DNA of 64,000 nucleotides. Source: a virus (lineage: Duplodnaviria > Heunggongvirae > Uroviricota > Caudoviricetes). Made by a program: the position numbers and the translations under genes. The stretch is from positions 23,361 to 87,360 of IMG/VR virus record IMGVR_UViG_3300005076_000001. The stretch is one strand, 5' to 3'. The notes beneath the pieces are model-generated. The model was not told the origin of the DNA, searched no databases, and saw only the letters and a program-made list of their open reading frames with translations. Numbering within the stretch: position 1 is the first letter of the stretch; each line of letters starts with the position of its first letter. Below, piece after piece: positions 29,115-38,051 of the stretch.

Positions 29115-30029
29115 TCAGATTACATTCAACATTGTAACAGACATTTCCTGCTTTGTTCTAACATTTTTACGTGTGCGAGAATATTTCCCACAACATTTAC
29201 ATTGCATTGTCTCAAATGAGGACAAGGCTGTGTGTGAGAGCTTATCGACATGCTTCAGATCAGATGAGCCACACACGACACAACGAACAACAGAATCATT
29301 ATAGTATAGGGAAGCGTTAGGTGCAAACTTATCGTAAGGACGAAGCTTCTTATACACTTCCTCAAGGACAAGAATGTCTTGGACATTATACTCTTCCATC
29401 TCAGCCCATGCTTCTTCATCCATCTGCATAACACGCTTCCACAGAGAGAAGCCAGAATGTTTCATCTTCTGTTCTGTCAAGCCCAGATAAGCAGCAATGG
29501 AATCAAGAGAGTTAGAAGGAAAGCGGAAATTCTGCTTTGCAATCTTCAACGTATCCACCACTTTATGAGGAGCGAAAGGTGTCATGCCATGATACAACAT
29601 GCGTGTAGCAATCGTCGGCATATCGAACTTCACGGCATTGTGCGCAATCACAACCTGAGCACTATCAATAAGCTCTTTCATCTCCTTCACAATGTCATAG
29701 TCATTCTCTGGCTCTTTGACACGAGAGAAAATAATACTATCCTCACCTAACCATTTAGCTGCATAGCACAGAATGTACCCTTCCTTCTCTACATTCTCTT
29801 GTCCAATATTAGCCTTCCATCTGCGGAATGTATAAGCTAAGAATGGTGCTGTCTCAATGTCAATAATGAGAATGCGTGGAGCTTGTGACACAGATTGCGT
29901 ATTGCTTTGCTTTCGATGACTTCTAAGCATATCAGACACTGTACTCTTGCTAACACCAAGACGACGCCCAATCTCACGCCAAGAAATCCCTTGCTTGTCT
30001 AGCTCAATTGCTTGTTGTTTCCAATTCAT
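29115..30029 (-). CDS. DnaQ-like (DEDDh) 3'-5' exonuclease with N-terminal HTH and C-terminal Zn-ribbon
   Basis: HTH ISWREIGRRLGVSKSTVSDML; Exo I ILIIDIETAPF, Exo II VIAHNAVKFD, Exo III YNVQDILVLEEVY; C-terminal CVVCGS...CKCCGK. Confidence 0.55.
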   Translation of the reverse strand: MNWKQQAIELDKQGISWREIGRRLGVSKSTVSDMLRSHRKQSNTQSVSQAPRILIIDIETAPFLAYTFRRWKANIGQENVEKEGYILCYAAKWLGEDSIIFSRVKEPENDYDIVKEMKELIDSAQVVIAHNAVKFDMPTIATRMLYHGMTPFAPHKVVDTLKIAKQNFRFPSNSLDSIAAYLGLTEQKMKHSGFSLWKRVMQMDEEAWAEMEEYNVQDILVLEEVYKKLRPYDKFAPNASLYYNDSVVRCVVCGSSDLKHVDKLSHTALSSFETMQCKCCGKYSRTRKNVRTKQEMSVTMLNVI

Positions 30030-30214
30030 TCAAGTGTCTCCATAACGGTGCGAGAATATACTTTCACAAGACCTAAATTCTGCGCCTCTTTAAAAGTGTA
30101 CGAGGTGTTTTCGTGAATTGCCTCCTCCAAGTCTGCAACAGCCAACTCATAAGTTGCATAGATGTTGTTGTTAATACCTAAATCCCACTCTGCCCAGATA
30201 GTGTACACTTTCAT
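30026..30214 (-). CDS. hypothetical protein
   Basis: 62 aa ORF, ATGA overlap with downstream gene. Confidence 0.3.
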   Translation of the reverse strand: MKVYTIWAEWDLGINNNIYATYELAVADLEEAIHENTSYTFKEAQNLGLVKVYSRTVMETLE

Positions 30215-30231
30215 TCATAATCCTCCTCTGC

Positions 30232-30380
30232 TGCGTTAGCGTGATAACCACATTCCCAGCCATCCCAGTAGGCAATGAGTGCTATGACAGTAGCTTCTGT
30301 CTCGTTAGCTTCAAGCCATCTATTAGCCTCGTCAACAGAAATTCCAACACGTCTTGCAAAGTCAATAACGTCCAGTTTCA
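30232..30380 (-). CDS. small HTH protein (Xis/AlpA-like fold candidate)
   Basis: 49 aa ORF not in track: MKLDVIDFARRVGISVDEANRWLEAN...; ATGA overlap with upstream ORF. Confidence 0.25.
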
Positions 30381-30746
30381 TTGTTTATTCTCCAGCATGT
30401 CAGGGTATTTCTTCATAAGCTCTTTCAGCTTCTTACGCTCTTTCTCCTCCTCTTTACGTTTCTTCTCTTGCTCTTTCCCTACACGAGCTTTCCATTCGTC
30501 TTCTGGCTCATCAACAAAACCAACAAGAACAAGCTCATAACCAGAAGGAAGAATGCGCCACTCAACGTCTCTACCAAACACTTCAATACTGCTACCTCCC
30601 TCCCACCATTCCTCCTTACAAGCCTCCAATGTTTTTGTAAGAGCTTTTTGTAGTTCATCCACACTGTAGGTATCACTGTAGCAGCTTTCGTCGTAAGTGC
30701 CGTGTGCAATGGTGCTACTTCCTACATAAATCTTCTTACGTTCCAT
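30378..30746 (-). CDS. hypothetical protein with Lys/Glu-rich C-terminus
   Basis: 122 aa ORF. Confidence 0.3.
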   Translation of the reverse strand: MERKKIYVGSSTIAHGTYDESCYSDTYSVDELQKALTKTLEACKEEWWEGGSSIEVFGRDVEWRILPSGYELVLVGFVDEPEDEWKARVGKEQEKKRKEEEKERKKLKELMKKYPDMLENKQ

Positions 30747-30942
30747 TATTCGTCTCCTTGATAGTTTTTACTCTGTTGTTCCATCGGTGGATTGCACGGT
30801 TAATCGTTCCACATTCCTTCGTCAGTGTGTGATTATTGCCACACCAGACGCGATACATTCCACGAAAATCCCAATCAATGACAATGGCCTTTGCTCCGCA
30901 CCAGCAATCCTCTATCTCTGGGACAATCACTTTACTCATCAC
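30736..30942 (-). CDS. hypothetical Cys/Trp-rich small protein
   Basis: 68 aa ORF. Confidence 0.3.
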   Translation of the reverse strand: MMSKVIVPEIEDCWCGAKAIVIDWDFRGMYRVWCGNNHTLTKECGTINRAIHRWNNRVKTIKETNNGT

Positions 30943-31526
30943 ATTGTCTCCTTGAGGTAGGTGATTTGTTGTTGAGCTTTCTTAATTGTTTCTTCCAGCT
31001 GCTCAATTTGTTTACGACGTTCACGTTGTTCTTCACTCTCTTCTTGCCAGATAGGCGTTGCGTCGTAGTTGAAATTTGATGTAATGTCTGCACCACCACG
31101 TTCTTTTTCCCAAATCTTCACTGCGCGATAGTGTGTGTCTCCTTCCAAAATATTATACAGAACATTGGAGTGGTAGGTAGACCACACATTTGCCTCAAAA
31201 TAAACAGCGCACACCTCACCCTCAAAATCTAGAAACACACCGCGCTTCCCATTAGCCATTTCAAAACGATTGAAGGGTTTAATGTATTGTTCTACGTCTT
31301 TCATTCTCTTCTCCTCTTTCAATCTAAAAGAATTAATGTACCACTCTTCCTTCTGGTCTACAAAAGGCCACCTAGAAGGGTCTTCTACACGTACTACAAC
31401 TCCGACGAACAAGTCTTTACGTGATTCAACATCTCCCAATACGAGAACATCGAAACTATTCCCGATGACCTCCTGCGCCATGCGGCCGCCAACCCAAGTA
31501 ACAATATCACCTTTCTTAAACATCAT
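30939..31526 (-). CDS. hypothetical protein (N-terminal MFKKGD domain shared with ORF 44304..44744)
   Basis: 195 aa ORF; MMFKKGDIVTWV N-terminus matches MFKKGDVVVF of 44304..44744. Confidence 0.35.
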   Translation of the reverse strand: MMFKKGDIVTWVGGRMAQEVIGNSFDVLVLGDVESRKDLFVGVVVRVEDPSRWPFVDQKEEWYINSFRLKEEKRMKDVEQYIKPFNRFEMANGKRGVFLDFEGEVCAVYFEANVWSTYHSNVLYNILEGDTHYRAVKIWEKERGGADITSNFNYDATPIWQEESEEQRERRKQIEQLEETIKKAQQQITYLKETM

Positions 31527-31543
31527 TCTCTCCTTTACAACAG

Positions 31544-32101
31544 TTAATCTCTAGACAATATATCTCTCAACAGCTTCCTACGCTTTGCTTCACTATTGAT
31601 AGCAACACCAGTATACCCTTTTTCTTGAAGGTAGGCAAGCACCTTTGCCTTGTTTTTTAACATGTCAATAATGGTTGCCTCAGTCTTAGCTTCCTCAAAG
31701 GACACACCAAGACGCTGCCCAAGACTTACAATTCTGTGACACCCCTTGCATAAAATCCTCAAATCACTATCAGCAACCACTAAAAGCTTTTCTACACAAG
31801 ATCGTACATCATCCAGAGATGTAAGGGAAGCTGTTTCTTCAAGGATGTGGTCAACTTCCACTTCGTTCTGCTTAAAAACTTGCTGGCAAATCTCACATTT
31901 GTACGCGTTAACAAAAGGGAAACGTTTCATTGAACGTGGGTTTGTGTTTGGAACACGCATTGCCCTCTTCTTCAAATGCTTTAGACGTACAGGGGATTTA
32001 GACCACCCTTTCCTAATAATCCCCTTAATCCACGAGAAGAAGGCAGAACGTGTCTTCCAAACATCTTGGTTTTCTGCAACGATGAGGTCGATTTTATCCA
32101 T
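31544..32101 (-). CDS. HNH endonuclease
   Basis: CEICQQ...VEVDHI...CKGCHR HNH Zn-finger nuclease signature; ATG 32101 with GAGAAGG RBS. Confidence 0.55.
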   Translation of the reverse strand: MDKIDLIVAENQDVWKTRSAFFSWIKGIIRKGWSKSPVRLKHLKKRAMRVPNTNPRSMKRFPFVNAYKCEICQQVFKQNEVEVDHILEETASLTSLDDVRSCVEKLLVVADSDLRILCKGCHRIVSLGQRLGVSFEEAKTEATIIDMLKNKAKVLAYLQEKGYTGVAINSEAKRRKLLRDILSRD

Positions 32102-33080
32102 ACAACACCTTCTCATACGCTTCACTGAACGTCACTGCATCATCTTCCCAGCGACGCATACGTGCCATATCCCACATTTCAGAGGCAACATATTTCCAAT
32201 CAATCACAATATCATCTCCTCGCCAACCTTGAATTGTTTTTGGCTCTGGGTAGAGTGTTTTGAATATTTGCTCGATTGCAACAAACGCTTCTTTATCATT
32301 CTGCAAGCCACGCAGAATGTCATAAGCCTTCACATCACCCCATTTTACATCAGAGAAGCAACTGGCATTATAATTGTCACTCGTATCTCCGCTACACATT
32401 TGAAAATAGAAGAACAAACGTCCAATACCCCTCACCTTACCCTTACTATCTCGCCACAATTTACCAAACCAATTGCAATTACGAATACCAAGTTCAGGAT
32501 AGTTTGGATTGAACAAGAAGATTGGGCAACCGTTATAATCCTTGTCAACCCCGATCACAACATGGTCTTTCTTCTTGTACGCTTCAATTACACACCAATC
32601 GTCAGCCTCAAGAGAGGTGCATTCAATCGGTTTATATTTAGCCTGCAAATATTGTGTTACATCATCCAAGTATAGAGGTTTTAGCAGGTCAGCACGTTGC
32701 CCTTTGTATTTCAATAGTGTGCTACGTTCTACACGAAAACTATCACCTTTACCAATGAAAGAGACATAGTTGTCAGCGTTAATAGCTTTCAAGCCACCTT
32801 CAAACATCATTTTGGCTGTGTGTAAAACATTCTCGATTGGTTCTGGTGTTTGCACATCAATGATTTCAAAATCGTCTGCAACAAACGGTGATGTACGTCC
32901 TTTGTTAAGCTCTCCAAGCCAACCACCATCTTTGTTCTTGCCACGACCCCAAAACTCTGTCCTGTTTGCAAAAGGGTGTTCTCTACCACTTTGTTTGTGA
33001 ATAGCAACGATGGAGCGTTTCTCTCCCACACCTGCTGCTGCATACTTGATAAAATCTAAATCGACAATAGCTGTTGTCAT
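32094..33080 (-). CDS. 5'-3' exonuclease / flap endonuclease (FEN, T5 D15 / T4 RNase H-like)
   Basis: N-terminal MTTAIVDLDFIKYAAAG; EADDWCVIEAY; VIGVDKDYNGC motifs of PIN-like 5' nucleases; start ATG 33080 with AGGAGAACC RBS. Confidence 0.7.
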   Translation of the reverse strand: MTTAIVDLDFIKYAAAGVGEKRSIVAIHKQSGREHPFANRTEFWGRGKNKDGGWLGELNKGRTSPFVADDFEIIDVQTPEPIENVLHTAKMMFEGGLKAINADNYVSFIGKGDSFRVERSTLLKYKGQRADLLKPLYLDDVTQYLQAKYKPIECTSLEADDWCVIEAYKKKDHVVIGVDKDYNGCPIFLFNPNYPELGIRNCNWFGKLWRDSKGKVRGIGRLFFYFQMCSGDTSDNYNASCFSDVKWGDVKAYDILRGLQNDKEAFVAIEQIFKTLYPEPKTIQGWRGDDIVIDWKYVASEMWDMARMRRWEDDAVTFSEAYEKVLYG

Positions 33081-33640
33081 AGGTTCTCCTTTAGGAAATC
33101 TCGCAAAGCTTGCAATTCCTCTTCGTAATAAAGATTGAATGTAGGGATGTTGTTTTTCTTTGCTAACATGTAAGCTGTGTTTGTGCCACCAGAAACACCT
33201 TCGCCATCTTTCTTTGGCTTTGCATAGCACACAAGAAAATCACTCTTGCTTGTCAAACTACTGCCCAGCACTTGAAACACATTACGTGTATGTAGACGTT
33301 TAGCACCTTGGCTGCAACGCTCCCAAGCTGGGTGAATCTGTGCCACAATACCTTCTGCTGTCTCTACAATGTTCTTGTTTGTCACCAACACATCGTAGCT
33401 GTTAGATAAATGTGGGTTTGAAAACTTAGCCCACGGGATGTAGATTTCTGCAAGCTCTTTCTGGAATACGCCAGATTGTTTTGCAAAAGCCTCTACACCA
33501 AGCTGGAAGGCTTCGTCTGCACCACCAGCTTTGCCAGAACGAAGCACAACGCCTTTACTAGCCAGATAGAAAGCAATGTCTTTCATCTTGTCTAAAATGT
33601 ACTCTGGTGTCTCTCTACTACCAATTCCTGTGTAAATCAT
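33077..33640 (-). CDS. DprA/Smf-like Rossmann-fold (SLOG-type) protein
   Basis: GIGSRETPEYILDKMKDIAFYLASKGVVLRSGKAGGADEAFQLGV matches DprA GSR...GxxVVSGxAxGxDxAAHxGAL core. Confidence 0.45.
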   Translation of the reverse strand: MIYTGIGSRETPEYILDKMKDIAFYLASKGVVLRSGKAGGADEAFQLGVEAFAKQSGVFQKELAEIYIPWAKFSNPHLSNSYDVLVTNKNIVETAEGIVAQIHPAWERCSQGAKRLHTRNVFQVLGSSLTSKSDFLVCYAKPKKDGEGVSGGTNTAYMLAKKNNIPTFNLYYEEELQALRDFLKENL

Positions 33641-33960
33641 TCTTCCTTCGCCTCCCAATAAGCATCAACATCAAACTTATTGTTCTTGTCAAACACCACT
33701 GTCACACGACCACCACAACCATCATAGCAATTCTTGAAAATAATGTAGCTTTCTGTTTCTACAGGTGTACCATGATGCTCGACACCATATGTGTTTCCAT
33801 TTCCGTTGACCAAGTCTTCTTTGTTGTTGTCTGTGTTCCAGTGGACAGCACTGGAAACTGAATACCACAAACAGTCTGTCAAATCGTCAATGTCAGGTGT
33901 GATGAATTTGCTCAGTAAGGTGGCTGCTGCCAGCATTTCTTTAACGTCGTTGTCAGTCAT
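33637..33960 (-). CDS. hypothetical protein
   Basis: 107 aa ORF. Confidence 0.3.
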   Translation of the reverse strand: MTDNDVKEMLAAATLLSKFITPDIDDLTDCLWYSVSSAVHWNTDNNKEDLVNGNGNTYGVEHHGTPVETESYIIFKNCYDGCGGRVTVVFDKNNKFDVDAYWEAKEE

Positions 33961-34585
33961 TTTGTTGCTCCTCTTTCACTTCATACTCCATCAGTGCCTT
34001 ATAAACCCGTGGGTCAACTCTGCCCTTGTAGTGCTCAGCAACAAGCTTCACATACTTTTCCTTTTCTATTTTAAAGAAAGCAAAAGCAGCTTCAGGTGTT
34101 GTGAACTCCTTGTAAACTGTACTCAGGTTCATCGCACCTCTGCGGATTGTTGCAGAATAACGTTCGCCTCTTGACGTGAGTGCAACACCAGTCGGCAACC
34201 CTTTAGTGCATTTCCTGTTCACTTGCAGCAAATTGTTTATAGCAACAGGTACAAAGACACATGTCTCTGGGGAGTATGCTTTACCATTACCGTTAGCCAA
34301 AACATCTTTGTCTAGGTGAAACATCTTTCCGTTATCGTCTAAGGAACAGTATCCAATCTGAGTTTGGCACCACTCCACAAAAGACTGAAAATCGGTAAAG
34401 AGATTAAGAGTCCCTTCATAATAACTCACTTTCGAGTCACTACCAACTGTTCTCCTACGTACACTATAGAATAGTGCAGCAGCGTGCGTTGTTACTTTTA
34501 CATAGGGTTCAGGGTTAAATGCTTTTACCCACAAACCATTCACTTTAAAATCTGGAACATTCTTTCTTGTTATGTATCTGCTCAT
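33953..34585 (-). CDS. HNH-type homing endonuclease with C-terminal AP2 DNA-binding domain
   Basis: FQSFVEW...HLDKDVLANGNGKAYSPETCVFVPVAINN nuclease-like region then AP2-like GVALTSRGERYSATIRRGAMNLSTVYKEFTTPEAAFAFF; paralogous to 45258..46568 and 59761..60342. Confidence 0.5.
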   Translation of the reverse strand: MSRYITRKNVPDFKVNGLWVKAFNPEPYVKVTTHAAALFYSVRRRTVGSDSKVSYYEGTLNLFTDFQSFVEWCQTQIGYCSLDDNGKMFHLDKDVLANGNGKAYSPETCVFVPVAINNLLQVNRKCTKGLPTGVALTSRGERYSATIRRGAMNLSTVYKEFTTPEAAFAFFKIEKEKYVKLVAEHYKGRVDPRVYKALMEYEVKEEQQND

Positions 34586-34595
34586 ATCTTACCCT

Positions 34596-34627
34596 TATAA
34601 ATAAAAACCCCACCCCGAAGGGCAGGG
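34596..34627 (-). terminator. minus-strand rho-independent terminator after SSB-like gene
   Basis: minus-strand GCCCTGCCC-UUCG-GGGTGGGG tetraloop hairpin followed by TTTTTATTT. Confidence 0.55.
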
Positions 34628-34642
34628 CTGATTTAAGCCAGA

Positions 34643-35719
34643 TCACATCCAGTGAATGCTCATTTTGTTTTGCAAACCCAGCGGGGCAAACGGAATATCC
34701 GACTCCAGATCAGCCAAAGGGGTGGCAACTTTCTGTTGCACTTCCTTCTTAACAACTGGAGGAGCAACGTCTTCTACACCATCCTCACCAAGCAGAGTAA
34801 AGATTTCTTGAAGCTCTTTGTTACCTGCAATAGCCTTGGCAGACAGCTCTTTAGCTTTCTCAATCAGTGCTGCTTCATCCATACGTTGCTGAATTGCTTT
34901 TTGCATTTCAGAGCCAGCATAATCTTCAGCCAGAACAATCTTACGCAGGTCAGCCTGACGAATCAGATCAAACTTGCAGCTACCACCGAGTTCTTCTTTT
35001 GGCTCCAGCAGGTCAGTGTCGGTGAAGCTGATTGCCTTCGGAGGAACCAGAGGAGCCGGAGGATTCATGCCTTTCATCAGAGGAACAGGAGATTTCAGAG
35101 AGACATTGTGATAGGTTTTACCATCACTCTTACCAACACTCTCCTTCACTTCCACGTTCATCATAAATGGCTTCCCAAGCAGCAAACCAACATTGTTCAG
35201 GTTTGGGTTGTTGAAGTCAGCAGCAAAAATCACATCCTTAACCAGTTGACCATCTTTGGTTTTGGTTACAGCAGCCAGCTTTGCCCACATAGAAGCAGGG
35301 GCCAGAGTCCAAGGCTTACCTTTGATATAATTGCCTTGGGTATCTCGCGGTGCGACCTCTACGTAGTTGAGACCTTCAGAGATAGCGTAGCCAACTTTGT
35401 GCAGCGGCAGACGAATGTTCTTAACACCAATGTCGTTGCCGTAGTCATGTGTCTGGTCTAGAAGGTCAACATAGGCAGCAATCTTCCGTTCTAAGCCTTT
35501 GTCGCCTTCTTTCGGAATCAAGATTTTCTTGCTACCATCTTCATTCAGTTCTACAACACCTTTACTGTCTTTGGCAAACTTAGGCTGTTTGCGATGCTTA
35601 CCCAGATAAACAAGCAGGCTGACAGCAACAGCATTCAAACCATCTTCAGGAATTACAGGAACGAATTCCTTCTGCTCAGTGTTGTTGGAGGTAGTGCTTA
35701 CTTTACGTTCGTTAAACAT
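34643..35719 (-). CDS. putative ssDNA-binding protein (highly expressed early protein)
   Basis: 358 aa from ATG 35719 with AAAGGAAA RBS; basic N-terminus MFNERKVST; C-terminal acidic tail with DIPF motif; optimal codon usage; own promoter and terminator. Confidence 0.35.
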   Translation of the reverse strand: MFNERKVSTTSNNTEQKEFVPVIPEDGLNAVAVSLLVYLGKHRKQPKFAKDSKGVVELNEDGSKKILIPKEGDKGLERKIAAYVDLLDQTHDYGNDIGVKNIRLPLHKVGYAISEGLNYVEVAPRDTQGNYIKGKPWTLAPASMWAKLAAVTKTKDGQLVKDVIFAADFNNPNLNNVGLLLGKPFMMNVEVKESVGKSDGKTYHNVSLKSPVPLMKGMNPPAPLVPPKAISFTDTDLLEPKEELGGSCKFDLIRQADLRKIVLAEDYAGSEMQKAIQQRMDEAALIEKAKELSAKAIAGNKELQEIFTLLGEDGVEDVAPPVVKKEVQQKVATPLADLESDIPFAPLGLQNKMSIHWM

Positions 35720-35798
35720 ATTGGTATTTCCTTTCATTTAAAATTAAACAATGTGCTTCCACACATTTCTTCGTAGCTGTGTATATCACTACAAAAAC

Positions 35799-35837
35799 AT
35801 TGTCTCACAGATTTGAGAATTTGTCAAGCAATTATTG
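35799..35837 (-). promoter_or_regulatory. early promoter TTGACAAAT-N-TCTGTG family (minus strand) plus GCAATAATTGC palindrome
   Basis: minus-strand TTGACA (plus 35822-35827) N17 GACAAT; shares TTGACAAAT...TCTGTG with promoters at 41063 and 41966. Confidence 0.45.
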
Positions 35838-36614
35838 CATAATCATGTTGCCCTTGAAATCAGAAGGGACAATAAAAACTTTATTCTGACTCTTTGCCAA
35901 CTCCTTCATCACATCCAGCTGTTTATCTGCCAGCAGTTTACTATCCAAAGATTGAGAACGCACACGCAGAGTTTCCGCTTCGACTTTAGCCACTTCCAGT
36001 TCATTCTGAGCTTGCTTCTTACGGTTTTCAGAGGCAGCTACAGCACGAATACTATCTTCTACAGTTGCATCAGTGAGAATGTTGGTGATGTTCACACGCT
36101 CAACGATGATGGTGCCTTTGTCACTCTTGTCAAACTCTTTCTGCAAACTCTCTTTAATGAAAGCTTCCATTTCAGTGCGTTTGTCATTCAACTGCATACT
36201 CGGCACTTTAGCTACAGCTTCGTTAGCAGCAGAGCGAGCCACCTGTTCCACCAAGTTGTACGCTGGATAGCTGATGCTAGTCTCAGCGTCGTAGGCTGTC
36301 GAATTGCTGTATTTCACCACCAAATCAGCAACAGAGGCAGGGTTTACAGCGTAGTAAATGGTTACATCGAAGTCTTGCAGACGTAGGTTGTCGGCTGCTT
36401 TCGGCTTCAGATCAGCCAGTGTAACAGGGATTTGTTTCACAGTGTATTTGCGAACATCCGATGTAACAGAGGTGTAGAACCCTTGTTGTAGTTCTTGTTG
36501 CTCCACTTCACCGCTGAAGGTGGTGCGAACACCAACTTGACCAGTTTCCACAGAGCCACATGCAGCCAGAGACATTGCCACAACAACAGACATTACGATA
36601 GATTTGATTTTCAT
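35832..36614 (-). CDS. SPFH/Band-7 (flotillin/HflC-like) domain lipoprotein
   Basis: Signal peptide MKIKSIVMSVVVAMSLAAC with lipobox; SPFH-like core DFDVTIYYAVNPASVADLVVKY...; C-terminal coiled coil; strong RBS AAGGAGAGAAG. Confidence 0.65.
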   Translation of the reverse strand: MKIKSIVMSVVVAMSLAACGSVETGQVGVRTTFSGEVEQQELQQGFYTSVTSDVRKYTVKQIPVTLADLKPKAADNLRLQDFDVTIYYAVNPASVADLVVKYSNSTAYDAETSISYPAYNLVEQVARSAANEAVAKVPSMQLNDKRTEMEAFIKESLQKEFDKSDKGTIIVERVNITNILTDATVEDSIRAVAASENRKKQAQNELEVAKVEAETLRVRSQSLDSKLLADKQLDVMKELAKSQNKVFIVPSDFKGNMIMQ

Positions 36615-36624
36615 ACTTCTCTCC

Positions 36625-36813
36625 TTAATTAAAATTACCAACAAAAGACAACACAGCACAAACTACAGCACCTATAGCAAGAAGTAGAGAGATGGACAAC
36701 CCTTTCTTCCCAATTTCAATTTTCTCCCTCAAGCTTGTCTTGCGTAGAACATCATAACAGATGTACACAAGAACACAAGACATAAAGTAAAGAATAAGTG
36801 TTTTTGCAATCAT
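36625..36813 (-). CDS. small 2-TM membrane protein (NfeD-like partner candidate of SPFH gene)
   Basis: 62 aa, two hydrophobic helices; immediately upstream, same strand as SPFH gene. Confidence 0.4.
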   Translation of the reverse strand: MIAKTLILYFMSCVLVYICYDVLRKTSLREKIEIGKKGLSISLLLAIGAVVCAVLSFVGNFN

Positions 36814-36848
36814 TCCAGCCTTTCAGAAATAGATGTGTGTAAACGCGG

Positions 36849-37082
36849 CTATTTCAGCCAGCCCAGCTCAATTGCTTTGTTCAGGGCTTTGATGAGGTTT
36901 TGGGCCTGTTCAATAGAACGTACTCGGACACATTCATCTTGATCGTCCCAGATTGCAACATCACCAAACTCATTGCCCAGCTTAAAAGCAACACTGAAAC
37001 CTGCGTCATCCACCGTCTCAGCAAACACAATCTCAGTGATGGATTCTTCCACATCGTTACGAACATCAAATACAGCCATCAC
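36849..37082 (-). CDS. small acidic protein
   Basis: 77 aa, Asp/Glu-rich. Confidence 0.3.
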   Translation of the reverse strand: MMAVFDVRNDVEESITEIVFAETVDDAGFSVAFKLGNEFGDVAIWDDQDECVRVRSIEQAQNLIKALNKAIELGWLK

Positions 37083-37242
37083 TCTTCTCCTTTCTCAAAC
37101 AGTTTAACAGCCTTCTTCAAATCCTTGAGTGTAAATTGACCAATCCCACGAACAGGTTCGTCAGCTTTTACAACAACACTCTCCTTTTCAGGCTGGTCTG
37201 GGTCAAAAACAATCACTTCGCCACCACACACTTGAATTGTAA

Positions 37243-37815
37243 TCATATTTCTTCTCCTTTGTTAACAACATTCCCGAACACATTTATGAGTTCACTCTCA
37301 GCCCCATACAACATAACAGCAACATTCTTATCCTGCTCAAACATTGTTGCTATGTCTTCATTATCTCCCAATCCCCACTCTTTGTCAAGAGAATTTAGAA
37401 GCTTTTCCACTTGCCCAAGCTCCATACGAAGCTGTTTGGCGTTGTAAGAAGCATAACCCATCTCGTACACATAGTCAAGCAGATTGCTTGCATTGACACG
37501 CATAATGACAGTGAAAATGTCCTTCATGCCAACAAGAATGCCTTTTGGGAATTTCTTGTTCTTTACACGGAAATTGATAGGGAGGGCAATATCTAAAGTT
37601 GCCCTGTCCGTCCGTGTGTGGTTTTGCTTCTTAACAATAGCTGCTGTGCAGGCCACAACCACTTTCTGCCATGTTTCAGGAAGAATAGGAGAAAGACGTG
37701 AGTCTATGTATTTAGAAAAACGCCCAACCCCTATTGCATCCTTAGCTTTCTTGTACATCTGTTCCGCTGAGGAACAGCCCTCGAAGAAGGATGTTCCCTG
37801 CCGGTAGTATTCCAT
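37243..37815 (-). CDS. hypothetical protein
   Basis: Track ORF extends to 37917 but that overlaps DNA pol exon 2; internal ATG 37815 has GAGAGGGA RBS. Confidence 0.35.
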   Translation of the reverse strand: MEYYRQGTSFFEGCSSAEQMYKKAKDAIGVGRFSKYIDSRLSPILPETWQKVVVACTAAIVKKQNHTRTDRATLDIALPINFRVKNKKFPKGILVGMKDIFTVIMRVNASNLLDYVYEMGYASYNAKQLRMELGQVEKLLNSLDKEWGLGDNEDIATMFEQDKNVAVMLYGAESELINVFGNVVNKGEEI

Positions 37816-37898
37816 CAATGTCAAATCCCTCTCGCTGGGACGAATGAGAGAGGGGCTTTTCCTAATGCGTTTCTTTTTCCTCACGTCCTTTCTCCATA

Positions 37899-38051
37899 TT
37901 AGTGAACTGAAAACCAAGATTTCCCAATCTTGCCTTCGCCAGCCAAAGGCATTGCTGTCTTCAGCACCTCACCGGCACGCACAAAACCTTGCTCTGCCAT
38001 CTGGCGGATTTCTTCTGCAATCTCAGGACGACACTCAAAACTATATTCATC
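37899..38051 (-). CDS. DNA polymerase exon 2 (C-terminal 50 aa incl. D-E of motif C)
   Basis: minus-strand reading DEYSFECRPEIAEEIRQMAEQGFVRAGEVLKTAMPLAGEGKIGKSWFSVH* aligns to family A pol C-terminus (T7 ...HDEIQVGCRTEEIAQ...EGKMGPNWAICH). Confidence 0.7.
   Translation of the reverse strand, partial: DEYSFECRPEIAEEIRQMAEQGFVRAGEVLKTAMPLAGEGKIGKSWFSVH

Noticed and set aside
37816-37917. N-terminal 34 aa extension of ORF 37243-37917
   Set aside because: Overlaps DNA polymerase exon 2 in another frame; internal ATG at 37815 has a proper RBS.
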